A DNA stretch of 64,000 nucleotides from NCBI GenBank assembly GCA_030264375.1, contig JASCQW010000122.1, positions 23,022,517 through 23,086,516 on the forward strand, written 5' to 3'. The notes beneath the pieces were generated by a model, which was not told where the DNA came from, did not search any database, and was given only the letters and a program-made list of their open reading frames with translations. Position numbers and translations under genes: made by a program. This document shows positions 25,136 to 37,921 of this stretch, piece after piece; the first letter of the stretch is position 1, and each line of letters starts with the position of its first letter. The stretch is from Carcharhinus longimanus. Taxonomy: Eukaryota.

Positions 25136-26187
25136 CTTGAATATTCTCTTATAGGAGTAGACAAATGAGCAGTGCAGGTGAGTTACAATCACCCTGTTAC
25201 TCCACATAGCCCCAACAATAAGCTCCAACTACAACCTCAAAAAAAAGCACAATCCCTTCTGTTTCAGTACTTCTGACACCAGAAATTCTCTGTGCTTCTT
25301 TTAAAGGGAGGTTTGCCCAATTAGGGCCAAATTATTGGAGTTGATGCTGCGGACAGCGTTCCCCTGGGAATGGGCTGAGACTGCTCAAACTCATTTGACC
25401 CAAGACCCTTAACAGCAATCACTTCCATTCTACTTGAGCTTGAGCCCCAGAGGGAAAGGGCATTCAATTAAAAGAACTAACTTCCTAATCACACTGGGAA
25501 AGTTCAGTCCAACAAATTCCACACACAGGTAAAGCTAACTTCTTACACTTTCAAATGGGTGCATTGTGATGGGTGCTACGCAGGCAAAATGCAGAAAGAT
25601 ATTGTTTATAACACTATACTAAACATTAAATCTTAAATTTAAAAACAAAACAGTAATGCTCCAAAAAATGTTTATTTGTAGAATGAGAGGTTTAGTCATA
25701 TATCCCAGGTATTGGACATCAATTGTCATTAATTAAGGAATCATCCTTTGCATATACATTTCAGTGCTTTTGAAGTATTTCTTATTTAATTGCTGATGAG
25801 GGGAACTAGTTTAGAAGAATCCTAAATTTATCTGAATTAAAGAGTTGACATATCACTGGGCTATGCTAGAGACCTGGATTTCCCTGTGGGTATGCTTGCC
25901 AGCTGATTGATCAATGGCACAAACTGGTCACACTGAACCAACCAAGGACGGACACCAGCACAACAATTAAGATGAGGGGGCATATTTCTTTATACATGAT
26001 TGCAACTGTTGGACCAACTGAATTAACTGTAATCTCCATCCCCTTTTTGCATGTAGTTTGCTTGGTAGCATTGGAGAGAGTAGAAATAATACTGGCATCA
26101 GTGCAAATTCAACTCCACAGAAATCCAAAACACTGTCTCTTAATGCAATAATGAGCAAGGTGTTACAGAGCTGTCTTTTGTTAATTC

Positions 26188-26558
26188 TTTGGTTTTATTC
26201 TTTCATGGGATGTGGGCATTGCTGGCAAAGCCAGTATTTGTTACCCAACTCTAAGTGCTCTTCAGTGCCTTGCCACAAAATTTCAGAGGGCAGTTCAGTC
26301 TGGAGTCACACGTAGGCCAGAGTAAGTAAGGACAGCAGATTTCCTTCCCTAAACGGCATTAGCGAAACAGATGGATCTTCACAACTATCGACAATGGTTT
26401 CATCGACATGAATACTGAGACTAGCTTTTAATTCCAGATTTATTAACTGAAATTAAATTCCACCAGCTACCCTGGAGTTGAACCCTTGCCCCCACAGCAT
26501 TAACCTGGGCCTTTGGATTATTAGTCCATTGATATTACCACTACGCCACTGCCTTCTC
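26188..26558 (-). mobile_element. Meta-type SINE
   Basis: ttctttcatgggatgtgggcattgctggcaaagccag...tctggagtcacacgtaggccag...cagatttccttccctaaac...ggattattagtccattgatattaccactacgcc. Confidence 0.85.
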
Positions 26559-28311
26559 CCTTTCCCTCTCTCTCGCTCTCCCCCCCACCCCCTCACCCCC
26601 CACCCTCTCTCCACCACCACACTGTTCTGCAAAAGCTGTTCCTGGCACTGATAATTTTTTTTTGAAACGTTTAAGTCGGAAATGACAGGAAAAAAATGAA
26701 GTTAAAAGGAAAAAATCAGGACAATAAATATGTAGTTATTCTTCTATCAGCTCCATATAACTTTTAAAATAATTACAATTGCAAGGTTTCCCAAAAGAAT
26801 GATCAGATTAATTCTTGCGGAGAATATGGACCAAATTGCATGCACAACTTGGAATTCTCCTACACCATCTCCATTCCACAAGACTGCCACTATCAACAGC
26901 AGGGGTGCAATGTTGAATTCAACTCAGACATCATTCTTAAAAGACACAAGCCCGAGGGAAAGAAACCTTGCAAAACATTGAAGCCGGCATAACATTTATA
27001 GATATCAATGTCTTTGTCTAACAGATTTTAAAATTAGCTTTATGTTTTGAAATGGAGATTTCGCAGATGTTACATACATGGGTTACAAGCCAAGAATTAA
27101 TGCTGTTCAAGTAAAATATTTGTGCAAGTTATCGTGAAACAATTAATGCAGGCAGAATTAATTTGAAAAATCTCAGCTCACCAAGAATTAAATTTTCAAA
27201 CAATTTTAAATTAGGATAGCAATTCTAAACACTCCATTTGGAGGTAAGGGGTCATCAACCTTTCAAAGCCATATAGTTGACAACACAGTAATACAAATAC
27301 CACAGTTGTAAAGTTAAAACTCAAATGCCAGATGGCACTTACAGATAATAGAACTATATTTTGAAAAATTAACAAAATATGTTCAGCAAAAAAAGGATCA
27401 ATATTTCAAGTTACCCATAGCTCTTAACTCTCTAACCTTTATTCACATGCTTCTGAGAGATGTCACAGAAATACAGCTCAGTATAATATGGTACAAAGCT
27501 CAGACTTAATTAGACTCACCCGAGCTTAACATCAGTTCTCATAGCAATGTCAAAATACCAAAAGAAAAATCCATTTTTTTTTTCATCCTCTCAAATATGG
27601 CTCATTTTCTTACTCATGAGGATTGGGAGGTTAAATTTAGTATCTGTTTTAAAATGTCACATTCTCAATGTTAAAGACAATCAAGGTTGAAGATGCTACT
27701 GAACTGAGCAGAACTATCTACACCAGTCCATGACTGAATGGTTGCTTTGTTAAAAGATGTGAAGCAATAGGCTGTTAAGTGCAGTGCAGCAAAAGAACGC
27801 CTTCAAACTCCTAATGCAACAATCTATCTTGACCAAAAAAAAAAGAAAAAATAAGCTATATCAATGCAATTTGTTTCCATTTCTCACACAGGTCACCCAT
27901 GTACAACAGAAAAGGCCTACATGCCTTCAGGTACACAATGACTAATAATGGAATCAAAACTTCCCAAATTCAATTCAACTTCATATTAAATATAGCTGGT
28001 AGGCAGGAAGCTAGTTGGTTTTCAAGTTGGGGTTCGAAGTTTCCATTTCGGGATCCTGGGTTTTGGGGCAAAACACAAGTCAAAGGGCTTCTGTCTGGAT
28101 CCAGAATGTACTAACTTGCAAGCTCAGTTACTATGCAAGAAGAAAAAAAAATCTGCCTTATTTGTGGAAGCTAGAGCACAGAGATGCCAAGATTTGTTAG
28201 AGCTTCTACTGTCAGCACCTCCAACTAGATTCCAAACTCAAGGCAGAATGATAAATGTGCAGAATTCCAGAAGTTTGCTGTCTTTTGATTTAAAAATGAA
28301 AAGGCTGGCTT

Positions 28312-28470
28312 TCGTGTAATGCCTTACCGCACATCTTCAGAAATCTTATGTCAAGCACACTGAAGACTGTTACTGATGTCCAACTTTTCTGAACACAGGA
28401 AGATCCCACAAACAAGACAAATCACCAGTTAACTTGCAATGTTTAAGGGAGGAATTTTGGCCAAGTCAGG
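28312..28470 (-). mobile_element. Degenerate DeuSINE 3' fragment
   Basis: gaacacaggaagatcccacaaac...gggaggaattttggccaagtcaggg, homologous to the 29790 and 49123 copies. Confidence 0.5.
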
Positions 28471-28484
28471 GAATTGGATAAATA

Positions 28485-28610
28485 AGTGAAGGGGGAAAAT
28501 TTGCTGTGTGAGAAAAAGTGCAGGGGATTAGAACGAATTGGATAATTCTTTCAATGAGCAGGTCCAGACGCAATGGGCAAACTGGCCTCTTCCTGCACTT
28601 GTCATTCTCA
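28485..28610 (+). mobile_element. CR1 3' tail
   Basis: gaaaaagtgcagggga...ttctttcaatgagcagg...aatgggcaaactggcctcttcctgcacttg. Confidence 0.6.
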
Positions 28611-29789
28611 TAAAAGAGCAACCAGCGAATCTTCAGTATCCAATCCAACCACTGAAATAGGCAGACAGAAGGATGTTTGCTAAACACCTCAGGTGAGGCA
28701 TACTATCTGCAGCAGGGAGGACCCCCCCCCCAATTGGCCTGCGCTGGAGTAAAGCCTAAAGAATGCGCTGCAATCCTGGAGTTGGACTGCAAGCATGACT
28801 CCAGCATGAGTATCACTCACAGGACCACAATAATTCTAACGACTAAGGAATAAAGGAACAATTCATTCTTGAATTCCCTGTAATCACCCAGCTTTAAAAG
28901 GTGAACTTTTGTTGTAAAATAGCTATTGTTTCATTAGACTTATGATTAAAGGCACCTGAACCAGTCAACTTGTTATTGAGCTTCAGGACTGCAACTCATT
29001 TTAATTAAAACTGACAAAACAACTCAGTTAGAATTTTGGTTGGGTATATTGACCAGCTTAATTATTTTTTAATTGAATGTTGGGACTTTGTTAATTTTGA
29101 AATTTCTTTGTAGTGCTTTTCTATAACTGGTGAATTGATGGTCATGGTTACTCAATGGTATAATGGCATATTATACTCAAGCAGCCTTTACTTCCAAAAG
29201 ATTTTGAAATGTTTATGGGCAACCTCAGTGCTGTGGGGCCATTCTCTCCCTTGTTGCCTCTGCCTGACAGGAAACAGGTTCAATCTCACACTCCACAATG
29301 GTTTGACACTTACGATCTGCTGTTACAATCCTTTAAAGAGTAGCATGGTTCTAATAAAATTTTCCACAGTAATTGTTCTAAAACTACTGCATATGATAAA
29401 CTCAGTAGCCTTAGAAAACAAAATAGATGAAAATATTGAGAGAAGAACTGCACAATTAGCCAATCTAAACTAAAATAATTTCAGACTTCTGGACGAGTTG
29501 TGCACCAAAGTAAAAATTAGTCTATTTGTGCAAAGCAACCTATTATGCCATTCTTTGCACACACACAATCCAGAACTTCACTGAATGATAATCATCTCAT
29601 AAAAATTGAATTCCAATACAGTGGGCTAAAACTTAGCTCCTACACGATTCCTGCTCTACTCAAATATTCAACAGATTGAAACTTAAAACTAAGGTAAAAG
29701 TTGGAAGAAGATTTGAGAAACATACTTCATTAAAAATTAACATGCCTTGGATGTCCCATTAGATGGGCTGTCAGAACAAGAAAAATGCT

Positions 29790-30098
29790 TCTATATATAT
29801 GCAGCATTCATCACCTTAGGATGTCCCATAGCATTTTACAGCCAATTGGGTACTTTTGAGGTGCAGTCATGGTTGTAATGACGAGAAACAAGTTAACCAA
29901 TTATCACTCAGGAAGAACGGACGAAAAGCAAGGAGATAATAACCAGATAATCTGTTCTTTATTGAAAGAAACAAATGTTGAGGAGATAAGTTTCAGCCAG
30001 GACACTTCTGTCTGAAATAGTGCCATGGGATCTTTATGTCCACCCAGGAAGGCAAAAGAGCCTTGGTTTAATATTTCACCCGAAAGAAAACACCTCTT
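29790..30098 (-). mobile_element. DeuSINE (SacSINE1/AmnSINE1-like)
   Basis: gaaatagtgccatgggatctttatgtccacc...ccttggtttaatatttcacccgaaagaaaacacctc is the rc of the recalled Deu-domain (GTCTTTCGGATGAGACGTTAAACCGAGG...AAAGATCCCATGGCAC). Confidence 0.82.
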
Positions 30099-30308
30099 TC
30101 CTTACATCCTTCTCCCACCAAAGCTATTTGTGCATCTCTAAAGCTGCTTTAATCTACCAGAAACTAAAAACACTTCGAACCTGGAAGAGATCACAGGATG
30201 TTTCCCAGTTGCTTTTGGCTCAATGACTAAATATATTTTCAGGAGCATCAGAATTTAGCAGTTGGTTGCTGGATTGCTGAGATCACCTTCATTGCTAGGA
30301 AATGGGTT

Positions 30309-30401
30309 ATAAGAACATAAGAACATAAGAAATAGGAGCAGGAGTAGGCCAACTAGCCCTTCGAGCCTGCCCCGCCATTCAATAAGATCATGGCTGATCT
30401 G
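30309..30401 (-). mobile_element. Young CR1 3' terminus, heavily 5'-truncated
   Basis: (ataagaac)n tail followed by aaataggagcaggagtaggccaactagcccttcgagcctgccccgccattcaataagat, nearly identical to 2021-2093. Confidence 0.88.
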
Positions 30402-30539
30402 TCACAAGATGACAAAACTATCAATATGTGGGGATTTTTTAGAAGTGACGGCAGGACACAAGTGGAGAATCTTGGCCAATGTCTATTGTTGCAAATCCAA
30501 ATTAAGCCACTGTGACAAAAATGAGCAGAGAATCAACAG

Positions 30540-30828
30540 AATTCATACACTGCAGGAGGTAGCCATTCGGCTCATTGAGCCTGCATCGACAACAATTCCA
30601 CCGAGGTCTATCCCTGTAACCCCATGCATACATAACTTGTTACTCCACCTAACACTAAGGGGCAATTTAGCATGCCTGATCAAGCTAACCCACACATCTT
30701 CATAGTGTGGGAGGAAACCAACACAGACATGGAGGGAATGTGCAAACTCCGCACAGACAGTGATCCAAGGCTGGAATGGAAACCTGGTCCCTGGCATTGT
30801 GATGCAGCAGTGCTAACCACTGTGGGGC
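30540..30828 (-). mobile_element. HE1 V-SINE, CR1-type tail
   Basis: cactgcaggaggtagccattcggctcattgag...ggggcaatttagcatg...gtgtgggaggaaacc...gcagcagtgctaaccactgtg. Confidence 0.88.
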
Positions 30829-31064
30829 CTTGCAGCCAGGGAAACAGGGACAGTCAGCACAGAAGCTTTGCAAACAGATGCACAGACAGCGACTGGAAGG
30901 AAAGAAGCTAGTGAATGTGACTGGAACCAATCTACATTAGCAACTGAAACAGTATCATTCACCAAGGGAATGAAGTAGCAACGCACTGTTGCTTTTTCAC
31001 TGGCAAACCAAAAACTGATTTATCACAGAGATCAGCCTCATCAAAAACCATTCTACGCTTCTAT

Positions 31065-31235
31065 AGCAGGCCAGAGACTGGGTATTTTGCAGCAAGTGGC
31101 TCACTTCCTGACTCCTCAAAACCAAGTTATTGCCTCTTAACTACAAGAAAGAAGTGGAATGGAACATTGTCTGTTTGCCTAGGTGAGTGCAACTGCAACA
31201 GAAATCAATAAATAAGACATTATGCAGGACAAAAG
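31065..31235 (+). mobile_element. Old LINE RT fragment, same family as 37925-39030
   Basis: gcaggccagagactgggtattttgcagcaagtggctcacttcctgactcctcaaa...tgagtgcaactgcaaca...atgcaggacaaa (AGQRLGIL...SA..T....QDK). Confidence 0.6.
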
Positions 31236-34200
31236 CACTGCTGAATGATTTAAAAATATCATATTTCACCTCTCACCTCCAAATTCTCCTTGCATTAAGA
31301 ATGGATCAGAAATGCTGCCACAGAAGTTAAAATGCAAGAAAAATATGCGTTTTTACTTAAGGACCTTAAGATAGTCTTTCCTCCACAACAGCACAGGTAC
31401 CCTAGCTAGCAAGATTATGCTTGCTAGGAACCAGACTAAACATTATGGCCAGCTTCTCAAATTTTGGTGGCAAAACGTGTCCACATGCAACAAACACAAC
31501 TGAAATATTATAGGAATAAGGCCAGATTTAAACACATTCAAAATGAGGTACTACGGAAGCAATAGCCCTCGCCTTGGGAACTGTCCAAATACCCAACTGA
31601 ATGTGAGGTCCTGCTCTCCTTGTCCATCAGCTCATGATCACACGACACAAGACATAACCAGACATTTTAAGAGATAACACAATATGGTAAGTTGCCTCCA
31701 TCTGCAGTACACTTCATGGACTAGTAAATAAATTTCCATACCAAGCCTACATAACTAGAAATAACCAAAACATTGATGGAGACACAGGATAATACTGAGC
31801 CTGCCCAACCTTCCATTCATCTGGAAAAAAAGAATGATTTTGAAAAATCCCTTCCCAAAGTGGAACTGAACTCCAAATACTCTTCACTGCTCCTAAAAAT
31901 ACCACTGGATTCCCAAGTAAACAAGTGTTTTTTGTGATCTCTTCTCCCACCACCACCATCCATGGTAACTCCTGGCCTAGAATCTCTATTGTGGAACAAC
32001 TGGTCAGAACCATATTGGCCAATAGCACAAATTTATTCAGAATTGTTTTCTATTTTCAAGCTACACAACTGATACATTTATGCTACAATACATAGAAGAG
32101 GATTTCAGCTGCCTAGTAGAGGCTACATTCTTCACAGTGCAGCCTATTTATTTCCGCCTCATGAACCAGCAGGTAATGTTAACAAGAATTGTGATGCACA
32201 TATGGCAGTGTAACAATGCCAATAACTGTTTCAAGTCAGGAAGCAAAGGCAATACAGGTCAATAGACCACACCTACTGGGGAGAGGAGGAGAAGAGAGAA
32301 CAGTCCAGGTGGCAAAAGAACAGGACTTGCAATACTCATCCTACTTAAGTTGCTATCCAAGGTGGTGAAGATGTAATACAGCTCTATTGATGGTGCACAT
32401 ACCGTGCAGGTAAATTTACCAAACTGATGTTGATCCGCAACTCCGCAGTAGATAGGATACAACTTTGAACTAGTTCATGGTTAGGTTAAGTCAATGACCA
32501 TGGGATGAAAGAGCTGGAATAATCCACACACACAGCAGCTGAAACCACCAGAGTAGAACCACAATAAGCCAATGTCAAAATCAAACAGATAAAACTAAAG
32601 AGGAAAACGTAAATGTTAGATGTCAAAAGAAGAGTTTCAGAGTCACAACTACAAACTTATAAAAGGAAAACATCCTCAGGCTAGATTCCAATTAGAATCA
32701 CAACACAAATGAAGTTAAGGTTACAACCCAGTACACTGTTGTACAGTGCTAGCACATTCTACTTATGTAATTGAAATGAATACCTGGACTAAAACAAAAT
32801 TAAAGGGAAAAAAATAATTTGTCTGTGCTGCGTGTAACAAAGCAATGACTCATTTATATAATCTCTGCTTTGTTACACATAATACAGAAACTGTTGCCTT
32901 GCAATCGCTACTGAATAAAAATCTGACAATCAGCAATCACAACCCCATATCTTTCATGAAATCCTAATTAAACACCTTAAGTAACTCACTGAATTCCAGT
33001 CAGATTTAGGATATATTTTCTCACATGGGCTATATTTTGCTCTTTCATTTAAAAAAACTCCAACAGATTAAAATAGCAGAAGTATGTCAAAGCTGTAATT
33101 AAAGTGGCTATTTTAACAAACTGCAAATACGTGGGCAATTTTACTTTTATCTTTTTGATTAGCTGGAGGTTGGGGTATAGGGTGTCACTTCCTTCTGGAA
33201 AGGAATATGAACTTAAGATCAGCTGAGGTTGGTGCTCAACAAGGTTCAATTATTGGACTCTATCCCTCCCGTCCATTGCACAGTGAAAATCTGCACGATA
33301 CATAGTTATGCAAGAATGAACCTCAGCTGTCTTGGTACTGCACACATGAATCATCAGTTCTACTGCATTGCTGACCAAAGACCTAAAAGCAGTGGTTAGT
33401 TGGTTTTACGGTATCACATAACTTTTTACAAGCATGATTCAATACTGAACACTGATAAGCAGACTGTGTTCCATGTTCCTCCCAAAACGGCAATTATTTC
33501 TATAAATATTGAATCAGGGCTTTGCACGCCTCCACATTAAGGGTGGAGGCATCTAAACTTCAGCTTACATTGTGCAACTAGCTTTCAGTTTCATTAACCA
33601 TTGCTTTCGGTTATTTTTGGTTTGGGCTCATCACAGTGACGGATGACAGCACAGCACATTGCAACACAAAACTGTTCCTTTCTGACACTAGGATCTGCGA
33701 ATGAATTCAGTCAACAATTAAGAAATGAGGAAGTTTCTAAAACTGACTATAAAGGGAAACAAATTATTTTGGAAAGCGTGACTTTTAGGGACTGAGCCCA
33801 CAATACAAAACCAAACAATCTCACGAAAAGTAAAAATCTAAAAGGCTGGCTGATGCAAATAGCAGAAGGGGCATATTGCTAGTCCAGAAGGGCTCTAGGG
33901 TTGGACTAAAGAATTTTGTTGGAGCAAAGTTCAGCATGCTAATATAGTAGCTAACTTTGGAGTGCCTCAAACTAACAATGGGTGCAAAACTTTCTCACTC
34001 CTCTTGCCCACCCCAACTTGGCATGAGAGCAGTACATAAAAGGATTAAGTACAGAATAAAATTCCCAATAAAATTGAAACAGTAACAAATATCAGGGATC
34101 TATTTCAAAGCTGTAATCAGAGCTTGGTGTACCAACGAACCGATGAATAGTTGAATTTGTTGTCATGGCGTAGGATTTACTAAATCAAATTAATTTCTCT

Positions 34201-35367
34201 CCATACTCATTGAGTTTGTCTACTTTGATTGCCCTGCATTTTTGTTACCCCCTCGAGCTTACGAATACAGCCAAACTGTACTACTTACCTCCAAAGCGTA
34301 AATTCAAATCAAAATATTTTGATGAACAGGAAAGAGATGGTCATTGGCATACAGCATCAAGATGAAAACTGAAGCTCCCAGTGCTGAAATACTTCGCAGG
34401 GGTCTTTACGAATGCCACACTGTCAATGTTTAACACCATACTTAAACAAAATCCTATTTATTCTGAAAGATAACACAGTAATAAAGGGTGCAACTTACAT
34501 CTAACATTAGGACTGATCATCTCAAGTTAACTTATCTCGCATTCAAAGTGAAAGACCCCTCTCCCAAATAAAGTGCAAAAAACCCAGCCTCATTTTGAAT
34601 TCCTTTTAAACAAACTTTACCAACTATCTAACAACAAAAGTGAAATTTCAAAGTTACCTTGGGGATTTGTAAAGCAAAAGGTAAAGCATATTTATAACCA
34701 ACATGGCAACATTTCTGAGGGTCTACTTGAACACCTTGTTAAACTTTGTTGTGCTCTTTTTACATTCCCTTTGGGGGTCTGAAAAGAATCCAATTGCATC
34801 CCAGGTCACCCTGAGTCAGCTTGTACACTTCTTGCCATTTTGCTGTCTGCAAAATGAGAAGCTTCTTGAAGCACACTCAGGTCAGCAGAACACTGCAGCA
34901 GCATCATTACTCTGTAACTCTGAAAATTGGCATGTTGATTTCATAACATCCGATGTATTGGTCAAAGAATGTGGGAAAAGGGTGTGTTAAAAGTTGTTGA
35001 TTTCACCAACAAAAACAGGCCAATCCCCTCTGCAATGTGCTCCAGCACCACATGCAGTTTGGTCTGCAATTGATGAATACATGAAAAATGTGTAATGCCG
35101 CTTTACCAGCCACATGATACAGCATAAAACAAAGTTAACTATACTGCCCATTATGACTATCAACAATATTCAAAATAATCTTTTCTTTTAGCTTCTAAAA
35201 AGAATCAACAGGAATAGTTGCAAATTCTTTAAATTGCATTTCATGCCAATCAATTTTTAAATCATTCTTGTGGGCATCGCCTGCCTGCCTTAATTTTGAC
35301 AGAAGTTTAGTGGAAACTTTTGTTTGCTTGCACAAACTTTTGGCTAAAATTATGTCAATGGATTTTG

Positions 35368-35664
35368 TTTTATTTATTAGTGTCATAAGTAGTCTTACAT
35401 TAACACTGCAGTGAAGTAACTATGAAAATTCCCTAGTCGCCATATTCCGGCGCCTGTTGGAGTCCATGGACGGAGAACTTAGCATGGCCAATGCACTTAA
35501 CCAGCATGTCTTTCGGACTGTGTAAGGAAACCGGAGCATCCGGAGGGAACCCACACTGATAAAGGGAGAACGTGCAGACTCTGCACAGACAGCGGCCCAA
35601 GCCAGGAATCAAACCCAGGTCCCTGGCACTGAGAGGCAGCAGTGCTAACCACTGTACTACCCCA
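35368..35664 (-). mobile_element. Full-length V-SINE, tail B
   Basis: tttatttattagtgtcataagtagtcttacattaacactgcagtgaagtaactatgaaaattccctagtcgcc...ggaaaccggagcatccggag...gaggcagcagtgctaaccactg. Confidence 0.92.
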
Positions 35665-36519
35665 GTGGGGGTAACATTGAAAATGTAGAAATACAGACCC
35701 GTATGCAACATGGTTGTCAGCCTTCACTCCATGTCTTTATAAATCTATGATTTGCGCAGTGGTATGAACATGGTGCAAAATCCCAATGTAGTGCATACTT
35801 CCAATAGAGCAGACAACTTAATAGGGGGCTCAACTAGTGTATGGTATCTTTCTGAAAACAGTTGGAACTTGCATTCTGACCCAGAAACCAATAGAAAGAT
35901 TACAACTTGACCTGAAATCAACTCATTTCCTTACATGATTCTTAATCTCCCATCACCTGTTGTAGGGTGCTAGATATCATTCAGAAGATCTGAATGATGT
36001 CCTTATAGTCTTTAGAAGATTAACTGTATGTATTTAACTACAAGAACTATATCCATATATACATTAAAGGGTTCAATCTAGGAGCCATCTACCGTTTCTT
36101 TGCGCACAGCTCTAACACCAGACTGATCCCAAGCTGAGGGAAGCATCTCTTTTTCCTTCTCTGTGGGCTATATTATACTCTGTTCCACTTTAACCCTATG
36201 TGTGCCCTTGTACTACACCACCCACCTTCATGCAGGTGAATAATTCATGCAGATGAATAGATAATTAAATAGAATGAAATACAGATCTAGCCAGATTAAA
36301 ACTGATGCCCATCCTTGTTGCTTGGTTCTTTTTTCACACATAAGAGCTGAAATACCAGGAAATATAATACTGCTGGCACCAACAAGTTCTGTGTACCTCA
36401 TAAGAGACCAGAGTTGAAGTTTTATGCAAATTTCTGTTCAGAATAAGGTATGAAAATCAGAGTGGGCCCCAGAAGCAGAAAAACATACAGTATGAAAGAG
36501 AAAGTGAGCGAGACACACG

Positions 36520-36606
36520 CCTGCATTTATATAGCACTGTTCATAACCACAGGCATTCTAAAGCACTTTACACCCAAGTGTAGTATCGTTGGGATGTTGT
36601 AATGTA
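36520..36606 (-). mobile_element. DeuSINE/L2-type 3' tail fragment
   Basis: ctgcatttatatagcactgttcataaccacaggcattctaaagcactttaca...tgttgtaatgta. Confidence 0.6.
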
Positions 36607-36794
36607 ATCACAGGGAAGGAGCTAGGAGGAACAACTTCTTAATTCTGGTCTATTTGACTTGGTTAAGCAGGCAGGCTGTTCCACAGTCAGCACAGACCCA
36701 CTCCTCGAACCAGCAGCTCCTAATAATCATCAACTCTTAATAGACATCAGCACAAGGTCAAATGATGACAGAAAACACTGCAGAGATCAGGCAC

Positions 36795-36995
36795 TACAAC
36801 ATCTATGCCCCCAAACTCTGGGTTTCCCTCCCTATAGTGCTATCTGTCCACCTCCTTTTAGGACTCTCCTCTATACCCACCTCTTCAATCAAGCATTTGG
36901 TCATCTGACCGCTATTATCTGCTTGTGCCTTGGTGTCAGATTTTGTTTTCTAATACACCCATGAAGTGCCTTGAGACATATCGTTACATTAAAGA
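36795..36995 (+). mobile_element. L2 LINE 3' end
   Basis: ccaaactctgg...cctttaggactctcctctatacccacctcttc (SF..LL.THLF)...catgaagtgccttgagaca...ttacattaaag. Confidence 0.7.
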
Positions 36996-36999
36996 TCCT

Positions 37000-37310
37000 A
37001 ATCTCTTATTGTAAGGCAACAATTTCGGAACATACCCAAGGGAGATACATAAGGTATTGGATAGGATAATGAAAGTGAGGCTGGAACAACAAATTCAAGT
37101 GCACCAATATGGCAGGACAATGGAATAGAGGTAGAGGGCTGTGATGGGCAATGCTGGGATAGGGAATCAGGAAGAACTTCTTCACACTAATGGCAATCAA
37201 CAGTTGGGAAGGATTAGCAGGAAAAGGTAATTGAGGCCACTGCATTCTTTTAACATACTGGGAAAGGATGGAAAAAGGTCTGAAATTCTGGAAGAATGAA
37301 ATCAAATGGG
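37000..37310 (+). mobile_element. Old CR1 3' fragment
   Basis: atcaggaagaacttcttcacactaatggcaatcaacagttgg (IRKNFFT...W). Confidence 0.5.
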
Positions 37311-37921
37311 GATGATACTATTACTGGTCAAACTTATCTGTGGCACCTTTACTATAGTATGGTAATATTTTATTTCAAGTACACTATTAGATTGCCTTTT
37401 TCAAAAAAAAAGTGCACACCAAATACGATTTGCTAGGCGTTGCTCAGTTCTTTCAAGAGATAAACTATCAGCTCTGTGCAGTTTATACTAGTATAAAGAA
37501 ATCATTAACTCATGGGCTACATATCTTCAACCACAGATATCATAAGCAGGATGACACGAGACACTTTTATGGTTGTGATAGAGATTTTCAATAGAAGTGG
37601 TGACCCATACCATACAAGCAAATTGTGTTTTAAAACCAATGTTCTCTGTCAGAGGTCTAATAGGAAGAGGCGTGGCATGCCAGTGCCTTGTCTGGAGCAA
37701 TATGCGGGATTGATCAGCAATATTACACAAACAATATAAAATGTTGGGGTTACTATATGTACCTTAACTGGATTTAACAATTTGTAGCCACAAATTCTAT
37801 CCACTGAACATCTTTAATGAGCACCTGAGATGGGTCAGGGTCACCGTAGCTAGCAGTACGCAAGACAGAGAAAATTTAAAAATATCAGCTATCAAAGACG
37901 AGAGTTTCAACTCAGTAACTT

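Noticed and set aside
27514-27570. Possible 18-nt microexon ending CGG|GTGAGT
   Set aside because: Rare GAG acceptor and an immediate TGA in phase 0.
27870-27936. Plus-strand 39-nt exon-like unit (ttctcacacag|...CAG|gtacac)
   Set aside because: Antisense to TCF7L2, weak donor, and no partner exons or recognisable peptide.
33481-33510. ACGGCAATTA 10-mer matching my recollection of the human rs7903146 flank (reverse complement), in the orthologous intron
   Set aside because: The flanks do not extend the match, a 10-mer in 50 kb is plausible by chance, and the human sequence is from memory. A real alignment would be needed.
34283-34370. Perfect minus-strand donor GAG|GTAAGT
   Set aside because: No good acceptor. 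The nearest CAG gives an 80-nt non-triplet exon with no pyrimidine tract.
31410-36000. Short hairpins at ~31410 (8 bp), 33528-33550 (8 bp) and 35974-36000 (10-12 bp)
   Set aside because: Too short to distinguish from chance, and bacterial-type terminators are irrelevant in a vertebrate intron.
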